IMG/VR virus record: IMGVR_UViG_3300042519_001519
Location: 1-64,000 of that record
DNA: 64,000 nucleotides
Source of the DNA: an uncultured virus (IMG/VR IMGVR_UViG_3300042519_001519)
Taxonomy: Duplodnaviria; Heunggongvirae; Uroviricota; Caudoviricetes
Reading direction: 5' to 3' (one strand)
Positions 1 to 9,507 of this stretch are shown piece after piece. The notes under the pieces are model-generated. The model had not been told where the DNA came from, did not search any database, and worked only from the letters and a program-made list of their open reading frames with translations. Each line of letters begins with the position of its first letter. Position 1 is the stretch's first letter. The position numbers were made by a program, and so were the translations under genes.

Positions 1-2019
1 TTGGCAGTAAACGGAACTAACGGAAGATTATTTACAGTATCTGACGACTTATCTGATTCTTTATTCTCAGTAAATACTATAGCAGGACTTCCAGTAATAG
101 AAGCTTTTGCCGATAATAGAGTAAACATAGGACAGTACGGAGCAGAAGCTATTAGAGTATCAGGATCACGAGCCTTCATAACAGGTTCGTTATTTGGTAC
201 AGCTTCTTATGCGACTTTTGCACAAACACCAACAGTAACAGGAGCAACAGGAGTAATCGGAGTAAGCGGAGCTACAGGACCGATAGGTGTAACAGGAGCA
301 ACCGGACCAATTGGAGTAAGCGGAGCTACTGGAGTAATAGGAGTATCTGGAGCAACAGGCGTAATAGGAGTATCTGGAGCAACAGGCGTAATAGGAGTAA
401 GTGGTGCAACCGGAGTAGTAGGTGTAAGTGGAGCTACTGGAGTAATAGGTGTAAGTGGAGCAACAGGAGTAGTCGGGGTATCTGGGGCAACTGGGGTAAT
501 AGGTGTAAGTGGAGCTACTGGAACAGTAGGGGTAACCGGTGCAACAGGGCCAGCAGCAGGATCAGCAAACCAAGTAGTATACAAAAATAGTTCAAACGTT
601 GCAGCAGGATCATCTAATTTAACATTTGATGGAACTACATTATTTGGAACACAATTCAGTGCACCAGCTCTAAGTGCAGGAAGCTCAGGAAACTTAAACA
701 CAGACTTTAACAATACACCAGCAAATACTTTTAGGTACCAAGGAGATCAAGCTAGTTTAACTAACAGTCCAGGAAATACTTGGTGGTTCTACCAAAATAT
801 GAGACATAGTAATGCGTCAAACTATTGGGGAACACAAGTAGCATGGGGTTGGGAGGATAACGCAAATAAATTAGCAACAAGAAATATAACCGGAGGTTCT
901 TTTGGATCTTGGGTATATTACTTAAACAGTGCTAACTATAACTCATACGCACCGACTCTAACAGGAACAGGAGCATCAGGTAACTGGGGTATTAATATAA
1001 CAGGAAATGCAGGTACAGCTACTACTGCAGGTGTAATTGCATACTCACCTAACAGAACAGATGGAACAGCATACCCAGTTTTATGGGGAGCTGGATCTAC
1101 AACTACTCAGGCGTATTCTGCAGCAGCAGTTACTATTCAATCTAGCACAGGTACATTAAACGCAACTACTTTAGCAGCAACAACTCAAATCACTGCACCA
1201 ATATTCTACGAGACTGGCACCACATCATATTATGTAGATCCAGCAAGTACATCTAGATTATTTCAGTTGGAAGTATATGAAAAAGTTCGAGCTGGGAACG
1301 GTTATGCAGGAGAGCCAACATTCACATTCACAGGAGATACCAATACAGGTATGTATAACATATCAGCAGATGTATTAGGATTCTCAACAGCTGGAACTGC
1401 TAGAATGGCAATTCATGACAACGGAAAAGTATCTGTAAATAATACTGATAATACATTAGGGCAATTCTCAGTAAATAATAATGCATCAGTTACATCATAT
1501 AATACAACATTTCGTATGCTTGAGGGAGCTACTTTTAAAAATGATACTATACTTGGCTGGAATGTAGCAGGACAATATTCATTTTTTGGTAACTATCAGA
1601 ACTTTCCGTTAATACTTAGAACAAACGATCAAAATAGAGTTTGGATTACTGCTGGTGGCGCTATGGGATTAGGTATAACACCTACCAATACTGCCGGTAG
1701 ATTTGAAGCCTCAAATGATATAGTAGCTTATTCTACTTCAGATAAAAGATGGAAAAATAATATTGTAAAAATAGATTCTCCATTAGAAAAAATATCTCAA
1801 ATTAGTGGAGTTGAATTTGATTGGATAGAAGATGAACCATTCCATGGTAATAAAGGACATGATGTTGGAGTTATTGCTCAAGAAATTGAACTAGTAATAC
1901 CAGAAGCAGTTCAAACTAGAGAAAGTGGAATGAAAGCTGTTCAATATGATAAAATTATACCTTTATTAATTGAAGCTATAAAAGAATTGCAAAAAGAAAT
2001 TAAAGAATTAAAAAAATAA
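1..2019 (+). CDS. Tail fibre protein (probably 5'-truncated by the window) with collagen-like repeats and a C-terminal intramolecular chaperone (peptidase S74-like)
   Basis: G-X-Y repeats (GATGVIGVS)n; C-terminal SDKRWKNNI...GVIAQEIE...[15 protein letters not shown] chaperone signature; lies upstream of the tail genes. Confidence 0.9.
   Translation: MAVNGTNGRLFTVSDDLSDSLFSVNTIAGLPVIEAFADNRVNIGQYGAEAIRVSGSRAFITGSLFGTASYATFAQTPTVTGATGVIGVSGATGPIGVTGATGPIGVSGATGVIGVSGATGVIGVSGATGVIGVSGATGVVGVSGATGVIGVSGATGVVGVSGATGVIGVSGATGTVGVTGATGPAAGSANQVVYKNSSNVAAGSSNLTFDGTTLFGTQFSAPALSAGSSGNLNTDFNNTPANTFRYQGDQASLTNSPGNTWWFYQNMRHSNASNYWGTQVAWGWEDNANKLATRNITGGSFGSWVYYLNSANYNSYAPTLTGTGASGNWGINITGNAGTATTAGVIAYSPNRTDGTAYPVLWGAGSTTTQAYSAAAVTIQSSTGTLNATTLAATTQITAPIFYETGTTSYYVDPASTSRLFQLEVYEKVRAGNGYAGEPTFTFTGDTNTGMYNISADVLGFSTAGTARMAIHDNGKVSVNNTDNTLGQFSVNNNASVTSYNTTFRMLEGATFKNDTILGWNVAGQYSFFGNYQNFPLILRTNDQNRVWITAGGAMGLGITPTNTAGRFEASNDIVAYSTSDKRWKNNIVKIDSPLEKISQISGVEFDWIEDEPFHGNKGHDVGVIAQEIELVIPEAVQTRESGMKAVQYDKIIPLLIEAIKELQKEIKELKK
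241..549 (+). repeat. 27-nt coding tandem repeat encoding collagen-like GATG(V/P)(I/V)GV(S/T)
   Basis: About 11 copies of a 9-aa unit with synonymously diversified codons. Confidence 0.9.
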
Positions 2020-2031
2020 AAAATAAATGTT

Positions 2032-3252
2032 ATGAGTAATGCATCTTGCGGGATAGCAACGGTTATTATAGGTAGAGAATTTTCATTAACACCTCTACTA
2101 AGTTATTTTAAAAATGTAGAAGTACCTGAGAATATAGATGTGAATCTGTATATAGTATTAGGATGCGATGCAGACTTTGAAATATTGGTAAAAGATAGAA
2201 TTAAAGAGTTAGAATTAAGTAGTAAATATAATAACATTTCTTATATAAAAGGAGTTTCAAAATGCTATTCTGATTTGAGTTGGAATGAATGGGAAACATT
2301 TACAAGACAACAAGACCCAGAAAAAAAACATAGAGCTGCATTAGAGAATATTGAGATAGGATTAGATGCTGCAAAAAATGAAACATACGTTCATTTTGTA
2401 GATGACGATACAATACCGCCAGTTAATGCTTTAGAAGATTTATTAAAATCTTATCAGAGTATTAATAATTGCGGAATAGCAAGTGGTATTTATTTTAATA
2501 AGACTTGGGTAGAGCCTACAATAGCAGTACGGAAAGTAGAAACATCTAGAAGAATAGTAGGAAGTTTTAAGAAAGAGACTTGGAAAGGATGTTCTATTGA
2601 TGATTTAGCAATTGAAAATTATCAAGATGTAGGATTTGTAGGAAATGGATGCATGTTGTTATCAGGTAGTGATGTAAAAAAAATAATACCCCTACCTAAG
2701 TGGCATGAGGATGGAGATGATATAGCACCACCGGATTTTATAATATGTAGACGAATTAGAAGATTAGGTAAAATAATATCCATAGTTCCATCTGTTATAG
2801 CTGAGCATTTAGATCAATCAGGTGAACCAGTAGGACTTACATTAAAGTATTTAGAGAATATAAAAAACTCAACAGGTACTTTAAAATGCCTAGTTACACA
2901 TTATAGTAAGTATCTGAATTATGAAATACTAAGTAAACAGTATGATAAAATATTAGTTATCTACTATACTGAAACTCATAAGGAAGTACCAAGCAAATTA
3001 TATAACCTCAGTAATATAGAAATTATAAAGAGGAGTATAAAAGAAACTTGTAACAAATACTCAGATATTAGGAACTACAAGGAAATTAGAGGAGAGACTA
3101 TGCAGTATGATATTTTAGAAGAAATGCATAATTTTATTAAAGATAAATTTAACTATGTAATATACTACTATAACATATTAGGTAATGTAATAACAAAAAT
3201 ACCTTTACTAGACAGTAGAAATTTAAAAAAATTATTGAATACAAAACCATGA
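2032..3252 (+). CDS. Glycosyltransferase, GT-A/GT2-like
   Basis: HFVDDD (DxD) motif, VGFVGNGCMLL and PDFIICRR segments typical of GT2 folds. Confidence 0.65.
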   Translation: MSNASCGIATVIIGREFSLTPLLSYFKNVEVPENIDVNLYIVLGCDADFEILVKDRIKELELSSKYNNISYIKGVSKCYSDLSWNEWETFTRQQDPEKKHRAALENIEIGLDAAKNETYVHFVDDDTIPPVNALEDLLKSYQSINNCGIASGIYFNKTWVEPTIAVRKVETSRRIVGSFKKETWKGCSIDDLAIENYQDVGFVGNGCMLLSGSDVKKIIPLPKWHEDGDDIAPPDFIICRRIRRLGKIISIVPSVIAEHLDQSGEPVGLTLKYLENIKNSTGTLKCLVTHYSKYLNYEILSKQYDKILVIYYTETHKEVPSKLYNLSNIEIIKRSIKETCNKYSDIRNYKEIRGETMQYDILEEMHNFIKDKFNYVIYYYNILGNVITKIPLLDSRNLKKLLNTKP

Positions 3253-3500
3253 ATGAACAAATTAGGTTATCAGAAGAAGAAATAGGAGTAAGTAGTACTC
3301 TTTATAAAAAAAGAATTGAATATTTGATTAAGCTAGGTGAAGTGAAACTTGCAGAAATTACTAATGAAAAAATTACTGAAGAGACTTACTTTAACCTACT
3401 GGAGTTAAACACAAGAGAAATTCAGTTTAAAGAATTACTAACTGAAAGATATGGAATAGGATCTATTGATTCAGCTACAGGATACTATATAAAAAAATAG
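3249..3500 (+). CDS. Small coiled-coil protein, paralog of 5320..5592
   Basis: Shared L(S/T)xEE start, LG(E/Q) core and YGxGSID..G C-terminus. Confidence 0.6.
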   Translation: MNEQIRLSEEEIGVSSTLYKKRIEYLIKLGEVKLAEITNEKITEETYFNLLELNTREIQFKELLTERYGIGSIDSATGYYIKK

Positions 3501-3521
3501 AAACAGCTAATAGAGTAAATT

Positions 3522-3845
3522 ATGACTTATACTTGGAAAGTAACAGGAGTTAAAACAGTAGATACAGGAGATGTAACAGACGCAGTTATACAGACCTATT
3601 GGGAAAAAACAGGAACTGATGAAAACGGAAATGAAGCAACATTTACAGGAGCAACACCATTTCCGCAATCTACAATTAATTCAGAAACGTTTGTACCATA
3701 TACAGAATTAACAGAAGAAATTGTACTAGGATGGATTCAAGCTGTTGTTGTAGGTTCTTACGAAGAACACGTAAATGATCAAATACAAAAACAAATTGAC
3801 GCTAAGGCTATTAAAACACCAGGACTTCCTTGGGCATCTGAATAA
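3522..3845 (+). CDS. Tail-fibre-associated protein, paralog of 4858..5274
   Basis: Shared W...GTDENG...G...F.P..E.....GW pattern; acidic; next to the fibre gene. Confidence 0.6.
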   Translation: MTYTWKVTGVKTVDTGDVTDAVIQTYWEKTGTDENGNEATFTGATPFPQSTINSETFVPYTELTEEIVLGWIQAVVVGSYEEHVNDQIQKQIDAKAIKTPGLPWASE

Positions 3846-3869
3846 ACTAATAAATTAAAAGTAAAGTAA

Positions 3870-4277
3870 ATGGCATTACCAGCTAGTGGAGTATTAAGCT
3901 TCTCAACAATAGCAACAGAGTTAGCAACAGCCCCGCCATTCTCTCTAAGAAGTATGTCTTCAATAGCAGGATTTTCTACTCCTGATGCTGTAAGTGAGTT
4001 TTATGGATACGGTGCTGTGACTTATACATACCTTAATAACTATGCTGCAGGAGATCCTTGTAACTATGACTATTGGGAGATCTATTTAGGAAGTGATGGG
4101 ATATACTACAGGTTTGATGGAGCATATTACGACCCAATGTATAATTATACAGACCTCTGGTACGAATACCTATATTATGAACCATTATTTCCTGCTGATA
4201 TATACCAAGAATGGGAGATTAATTCAGCCTCAACAGTATTGACAAGTAATGGAAATGTAGCAGTTAACTGTTTTTAA
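3870..4277 (+). CDS. Putative virion/tail-fibre-associated protein
   Basis: MALPASG.LS...SEFYG N-terminus typical of small fibre-region proteins; Tyr-rich C-terminus. Confidence 0.5.
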   Translation: MALPASGVLSFSTIATELATAPPFSLRSMSSIAGFSTPDAVSEFYGYGAVTYTYLNNYAAGDPCNYDYWEIYLGSDGIYYRFDGAYYDPMYNYTDLWYEYLYYEPLFPADIYQEWEINSASTVLTSNGNVAVNCF

Positions 4278-4283
4278 GTAAAG

Positions 4284-4835
4284 ATGAAAGAGAAAATAGA
4301 GCCATATACAATTGAAGGTCAAGGAGTAGCTACAGAAGCTTTAGTTGAAATACAAAGTCGGTTTACAACACAAGACAAAGCAGTAATCTACTACGATTTA
4401 AGAGATAAAACTCAGACAAGTACTGTACGCGTACTCACCACAGGTGAAATACTTACTCTACCTTATAAAATACTATCTTATCAAAAAATAACAGTTACAG
4501 GAGATGATCGTGCCGCTATTGGAGCAGATGCAACATTTGCATCAAATATAGTATTTAGAGAGAGAACAGATGTAGTAAAAAGATCAAGTTCGACTGCTAT
4601 TATGGTAGGAATATCTTATGGTGATTCAAAAGAAGCTTGTATGAATTTCATTAATGGAAAAACAAAAGTATTTTATATAGATAATGAAGACTTCAGTCTT
4701 GCTACTCTACTGGCCGAAGACGAAGGTATGACTATGGGAGTAAAAGATGCAGTATATATCGCCGGCGATTCAATAATCAGGTACTGGAAAGGAGATGGTT
4801 TTGATCAGGAATTCCTAGACGTTTGTGAAGAGTAA
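4284..4835 (+). CDS. Hypothetical protein
   Basis: 183-aa ORF tightly packed in the operon. Confidence 0.6.
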   Translation: MKEKIEPYTIEGQGVATEALVEIQSRFTTQDKAVIYYDLRDKTQTSTVRVLTTGEILTLPYKILSYQKITVTGDDRAAIGADATFASNIVFRERTDVVKRSSSTAIMVGISYGDSKEACMNFINGKTKVFYIDNEDFSLATLLAEDEGMTMGVKDAVYIAGDSIIRYWKGDGFDQEFLDVCEE

Positions 4836-4857
4836 TAATAAAAACAAATAAAAACAA

Positions 4858-5274
4858 ATGACAACATTTAATTGGACAATCTCTGCAGTAGAGAGAGAAG
4901 TAAACCTAGACGGTTTAGAAAACGTAATTAAAACAATTCACTGGAGGTACAAAGGTACAGACGAAAACGGTGTAACAGCTGAAACTTATGGAGCAACCGC
5001 TATTGGAAATCCAAACCCCGAAAGCTTCACACCTTGGGAAGAAGTATCAGACCCAGTAGCAATTGGATGGTTAGAGGATATAATGAATACAACACCGGCG
5101 CTAATGCCAGAAGGAGCAGAGACAAGCCCTACTACGTTAGAGAGACTACAAGCAAATATCGAAGCACAAATTGCACTACTTGTTGCACCTAAAACAATTA
5201 CAGGTCCTTTATATAGCGCACCAGTTGTAGAGGGAGTAGTAGGAGAAGAAGTAGTGTTGGATACTCAAGAATAA
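4858..5274 (+). CDS. Tail-fibre-associated protein, paralog of 3522..3845
   Basis: IHWRYKGTDENG...FTPWEEV...GWL. Confidence 0.6.
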   Translation: MTTFNWTISAVEREVNLDGLENVIKTIHWRYKGTDENGVTAETYGATAIGNPNPESFTPWEEVSDPVAIGWLEDIMNTTPALMPEGAETSPTTLERLQANIEAQIALLVAPKTITGPLYSAPVVEGVVGEEVVLDTQE

Positions 5275-5319
5275 ATTACTATATTATAGTATTAATCGAT
5301 TAACATAAAAATAAGTTTC

Positions 5320-5592
5320 ATGGAAAACAAAAAATTAACACAAGAAGAGTTACAACAAATTGAAGCAGTAAAACAAAAAAGCCAAGCAGTTGTACAAGAA
5401 TTAGGTCAGATTGAATTATTAAAATTAAATCTAAAGAGTAGAAGAGAAAGTGTACTTGCTTTTTTAGAAGAATTAAAACAAGAAGAAAAAGCATTGGCTG
5501 AAGCATTAGAAACTGCTTACGGAAAAGGTTCAATTGATCTTGAAAAAGGAGAATTCACACCTCTAGTAGAAGAAGTAGAAGTAGCAGAATAA
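5320..5592 (+). CDS. Small coiled-coil protein, paralog of 3249..3500
   Basis: Heptad pattern; YGKGSIDLEKGEF. Confidence 0.65.
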   Translation: MENKKLTQEELQQIEAVKQKSQAVVQELGQIELLKLNLKSRRESVLAFLEELKQEEKALAEALETAYGKGSIDLEKGEFTPLVEEVEVAE

Positions 5593-5617
5593 TTACTGTA
5601 AAAAGTAAGAGGAATAT

Positions 5618-5642
5618 AAGGAGGGTTTTGACTCTCCTTTCC
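5618..5642 (+). terminator. Probable intrinsic terminator
   Basis: AAGGAGGGT-tttg-ACTCTCCTT hairpin after the ORF. Confidence 0.55.
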
Positions 5643-5700
5643 TATTTATTAGAGAATATAGAACCTCTAATCATATAAGATGGTTATCGAAATCCCAAGA

Positions 5701-5708
5701 TATTTATA
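5701..5708 (+). promoter_or_regulatory. Putative late-promoter motif TATTTATA (also at 7874, 8463, 9484, 12553, 20465, 28537, 29557)
   Basis: The same octamer occurs in short intergenic gaps just upstream of sheath, tube, chaperone, tape measure and other genes. Confidence 0.65.
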
Positions 5709-5733
5709 ATAAATTAAAACAAATTAAATAAAC

Positions 5734-7857
5734 ATGGCAGAATCAATTATCTCTCCAGGAGTATTTACAAGAGAAAACGACCTTTCTTTTATACAACCAG
5801 CACCGGTAGCGGTAGGAGCAGCATTTATTGGACCAACAGTTAAAGGGCCTGTAGAAATGCCTACAGTAGTAACTTCTTATAATGATTATGTAAGAAAGTT
5901 CGGAGTAACTTTCGCCTCAGGTTCAGACAAATTCGAATATTTAACTTCATTAGCCGTTAAGAATTACTTCTCTCAAGGAGGTAATACAGCCTTAATCACT
6001 AGAGTCGTAGACCACATTGGCCCTGATTACTCAGAAGCACAAAGTACAAACATTGCTTCTAACAAAGTAACAGGAGTAAATAGAGCAACTGGATCAGGAA
6101 CTTTAACAAATGACATTGCAGTCAATCAAGAGTTTAAAGTACAGTACGGAACAGCAGCTTATAGATTTATTCCAGCAGGTACCCCACTTCCAGCAGATAG
6201 TGGAACAGGTAATGTATACTTCTTCCAATCAGGTTCAACAATTGCAGCAACAGTAACTAGCTTAGCAGCAGAAATTAACAATGCAATCCCAGGAGTATTA
6301 CAAGCAACAGGATCAGGAGCAAATTTACTTTTAAGCGGATCAGTAGCTGGTACTTTAAGAAATGGAATTACATTCTTTACAGGATCTATTACAGACTCTA
6401 CCGTATCATCAAGCTTATTCACAATAGCAGGAGGTACAGACGCAGCAGCTTCTTCTTTCCCATTCTCAATTAATACAATAGGTAAAGGAGCTATTTACAA
6501 CAACTCTCCTCTAGCAACAGATGCAGGAGCTCAAAACTCTGACGGATCTTTAGTATCAGGTTCAGAAGATAACTTAAGATGGGAAATCACAAATGTAAAT
6601 AACTCTAGAGGTACTTTTACATTATCAATAAGAAGAGGAGACGATAGTACAAATACTAAAGTAATCTTAGAAACGTTTAACAACCTTTCATTAGATCCAG
6701 CTTCAGATGATTATATCGAGAAAAGAATCGGTAGTCAATATACAACAATTGGTACAGACGGAAGTTCAACATTTTTAAGACTAGTAGGAGATTATCCAAA
6801 TAGATCAAACTTTATTAGAGTAAGTGCAGTAAATTTACCTACAATTAACTACCTAGGAAACGACGGAGTATCAGTTAATGCAGATGCAGCAGGACTTTCT
6901 TACTCAGCATCTTTACCGCAAGCAGTTTCTGGAGCATTTCATAGTGCAGGAGGTACAATTATAGCAGGAGCTAACTTCTTTAAAAACATAGACGCTCAAA
7001 CACAGGGATTAATAGCAGGAGATTATACAGATGCAATTGCATTATTAGAGAATAGAGATGATTATCAATTCAATGTAATAACAGCACCAGGAGTAACTAC
7101 AGCAGATCACTCAACAGTAACAGACGCACTTATCTCTTTAGCAGAAAATAGAGGAGATTGTATTGCAGTAGTAGACTTAGTAGGATATGAATCTACACTT
7201 TCTCAAGTAACAGATGAAGCAGCAGTATTAAATAGTTCTTACGCAGCATCTTACTGGCCTTGGTTACAAACTAAATCAGCTACAGGTAAGAATGAATGGA
7301 TACCAGCTTCAGTTGTAATACCAGGAGTTTATACATTCACAGATGCAGCTTCAGCACCATGGTTTGCACCAGCAGGACTTGTAAGAGGAGGTATTCCAGG
7401 AGTAATTCAAGCACAAAGAAGATTAACAAAAGGAGAAAGAGATACTTTATACTCAGGAAAAGTAAATCCAATTGCTTCTTTCCCAGGAACAGGTATATCA
7501 GTATTCGGACAAAAAACATTACAAACAAAAGCTTCAGCTTTAGATAGAGTAAACGTTAGACGTTTGTTAATAGAACTTAAGAAGTTCATTGGTGACCAAG
7601 CTAAAAACTTAGTATTCGAACAAAATACTATTGCAACAAGAAATAAATTCTTAGCGACGGTTAATCCTTACTTAGAATCAGTAGTACAAAGACAAGGTCT
7701 TTATGCATACAGAGTAGTAATGGACGAATCTAACAACTCAGCAGATGTAGTTGATAGAAATCAATTAGTAGGACAAATCTACATTCAACCAGCTAAAACA
7801 ATTGAATTCGTAGTATTAGACTTCACAATTGAACCAACAGGAGCAACGTTTGTATAA
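5734..7857 (+). CDS. Contractile tail sheath protein
   Basis: SPGVFTREND start; PWFAPAGLVRG, VNPIASFPG, GQKTLQ, DRVNVRRLL, FEQN motifs. Confidence 0.97.
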   Translation: MAESIISPGVFTRENDLSFIQPAPVAVGAAFIGPTVKGPVEMPTVVTSYNDYVRKFGVTFASGSDKFEYLTSLAVKNYFSQGGNTALITRVVDHIGPDYSEAQSTNIASNKVTGVNRATGSGTLTNDIAVNQEFKVQYGTAAYRFIPAGTPLPADSGTGNVYFFQSGSTIAATVTSLAAEINNAIPGVLQATGSGANLLLSGSVAGTLRNGITFFTGSITDSTVSSSLFTIAGGTDAAASSFPFSINTIGKGAIYNNSPLATDAGAQNSDGSLVSGSEDNLRWEITNVNNSRGTFTLSIRRGDDSTNTKVILETFNNLSLDPASDDYIEKRIGSQYTTIGTDGSSTFLRLVGDYPNRSNFIRVSAVNLPTINYLGNDGVSVNADAAGLSYSASLPQAVSGAFHSAGGTIIAGANFFKNIDAQTQGLIAGDYTDAIALLENRDDYQFNVITAPGVTTADHSTVTDALISLAENRGDCIAVVDLVGYESTLSQVTDEAAVLNSSYAASYWPWLQTKSATGKNEWIPASVVIPGVYTFTDAASAPWFAPAGLVRGGIPGVIQAQRRLTKGERDTLYSGKVNPIASFPGTGISVFGQKTLQTKASALDRVNVRRLLIELKKFIGDQAKNLVFEQNTIATRNKFLATVNPYLESVVQRQGLYAYRVVMDESNNSADVVDRNQLVGQIYIQPAKTIEFVVLDFTIEPTGATFV

Positions 7858-7902
7858 TATTTAGAAACACAGATATTTATAATTAAATAAGTAAACAATA
7901 AA

Positions 7903-8391
7903 ATGGCAGTATTAGATCCAAACGAAATAATGTTCAGAGCCTTCGAACCAATGGTTCAGCACAGGTTCGTAATGTACATAGACAATATCCCAGCATTCAT
8001 GATTAAAAACGTGAAAGCTCCTAACTTTCAAGATTCTATGATCAAACTTGATCACATTAACTCTTACAGAAAAATAAGAGGAAAAAGAGAGTGGCAGGAT
8101 ATGGATATGACTTTATACTCACCAATCACACCTTCAGGGGCTCAAGCAGTAATGGAATGGGCTCGTTTAGGATATGAATCAGTAACAGGTAGAGCTGGAT
8201 ATTCAGATTTCTATAAGAAAGATTTAACTTTAAACATTCTAGGTCCTGTAGGAGATATCGTAGGGGAATGGATTATCAAAGGAGCTTTCTTAACAAAAGG
8301 AGATTTTGGACAATTTGACTGGACTTCTGCTGACGGAGTAGTAGAGATAGGAATTTCAATTGCAATGGATTATTGTGTATTAAATTACTAA
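7903..8391 (+). CDS. Tail tube protein (T4 gp19-like)
   Basis: Follows the sheath; W...G...YKKDLTL...GPVGDIVGEWIIKGAF pattern. Confidence 0.92.
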   Translation: MAVLDPNEIMFRAFEPMVQHRFVMYIDNIPAFMIKNVKAPNFQDSMIKLDHINSYRKIRGKREWQDMDMTLYSPITPSGAQAVMEWARLGYESVTGRAGYSDFYKKDLTLNILGPVGDIVGEWIIKGAFLTKGDFGQFDWTSADGVVEIGISIAMDYCVLNY

Positions 8392-8413
8392 TAACCACTC
8401 AAATAAAATTAAC

Positions 8414-8444
8414 AAGCCTGGCAGTAGCCGGGCTTTGTTGTTTT
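8414..8444 (+). terminator. Intrinsic terminator after the tail tube gene
   Basis: AAGCCTGGC-agta-GCCGGGCTT followed by tgttgtttt. Confidence 0.8.
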
Positions 8445-8500
8445 AAAAAAGTTTTTTTCATATATTTATATATAGAAAAAGTTACTAACAAATAAAATTT

Positions 8501-9241
8501 ATGGAACAAAAGCAAAAATTTCCTACCGAAATGGTAGAATTACCATCAAGAGGGTTACTCTATCCTAAAGATTCTGCATTAGCAGAAGGTAAAATCGAGA
8601 TGAAATACATGACAGCTCGTGAGGAAGATATTCTAACAAATCAAAACTACATACAACAAGGAGTAGTTATTGATAAATTACTACAATCTCTTATTGTAAC
8701 TCCAATCAACTACGGAGATCTTTTATTAGGAGATAAGAATGCAATTCTAGTTGCTTCTAGGGTATTAGGGTACGGTAAAGATTATGAATTTGAATACAAA
8801 GGACGAAAAGAAGTAGTTGATCTTGCAGAATTAAAAACTAAAGAAATTAATTACGATGCTCTTAAGGGAGGTAAAAATGAATTTGCATATATAATGCCAT
8901 CTTCAAGTACCAATGTTACTTTCAAATTACTTACTCACGCAGATGAGCAATTTATCGATCAAGAAGTAAAAGGATTAAAAAAATTAACAAAAGATGCTTC
9001 TCCGGAATTATCTACAAGATTGAAAAGAATAATTACTTCTGTAGAAGGAGATTCAACACCTAAAGCAATTAGAGATTTTGTCGATAATTACTTATTAGCA
9101 AGAGACTCTAGAGCATTTAGAGAACACATTAGACAGGTACAACCGGATGTTGACTTAAAATTCTTCCCAGAAGATGGACCTGAAGGAGGGGTAGATATCC
9201 CAATTGGGGTTAGCTTTCTTTGGCCTGACGCCGGAATATAG
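8501..9241 (+). CDS. Tail assembly chaperone / baseplate hub assembly protein (T4 gp26-like)
   Basis: VELPSRGLLY, MTAREEDILT motifs; lies between tube and tape measure. Confidence 0.8.
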   Translation: MEQKQKFPTEMVELPSRGLLYPKDSALAEGKIEMKYMTAREEDILTNQNYIQQGVVIDKLLQSLIVTPINYGDLLLGDKNAILVASRVLGYGKDYEFEYKGRKEVVDLAELKTKEINYDALKGGKNEFAYIMPSSSTNVTFKLLTHADEQFIDQEVKGLKKLTKDASPELSTRLKRIITSVEGDSTPKAIRDFVDNYLLARDSRAFREHIRQVQPDVDLKFFPEDGPEGGVDIPIGVSFLWPDAGI

Positions 9242-9470
9242 AGCCGGGTTATTTGCTCAACTACATGACATAGTTTTTAACGGACAAGGAGGGTACTCTT
9301 TCGATACAGTATACGAGTTTCCGATATGGTTAAGAAAGTATATTCATAGAACTATGGTAGAACATTATCAAAAACAGAATAAGGAACAGCAGCAGCAATC
9401 CGGTAAGGCATCGGTATTGCAAAACGGACATATAAAAGCACCGGATTATAGTACAAAAGCTTCTAGATAA
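9216..9470 (+). CDS. Second tail-chaperone segment, probably reached by a +1 frameshift from 8501..9241
   Basis: Overlapping +1-frame ORF (FFGLTPEYR...GGYSFDTVYEFPIWLR) with no ATG at its 5' end; immediately before the tape measure gene. Confidence 0.6.
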   Translation, partial: FFGLTPEYRAGLFAQLHDIVFNGQGGYSFDTVYEFPIWLRKYIHRTMVEHYQKQNKEQQQQSGKASVLQNGHIKAPDYSTKASR

Positions 9471-9507
9471 TAGAAGCTTTAGCTATTTATATTAAAATCT
9501 TTATTGA

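Noticed and set aside
241..549. Possible CRISPR array or DGR repeat
   Set aside because: In-frame coding repeats with synonymous variation and no spacers; no cas or reverse transcriptase gene in the window
207..713. Minus-strand Pro/Val/Thr repeat ORF
   Set aside because: Antisense shadow of the collagen-like repeat in the tail fibre
5701..5708. T4-type late promoter TATAAATA on the minus strand
   Set aside because: It is the reverse complement of the motif, but no minus-strand genes follow; orientation tracks + strand starts
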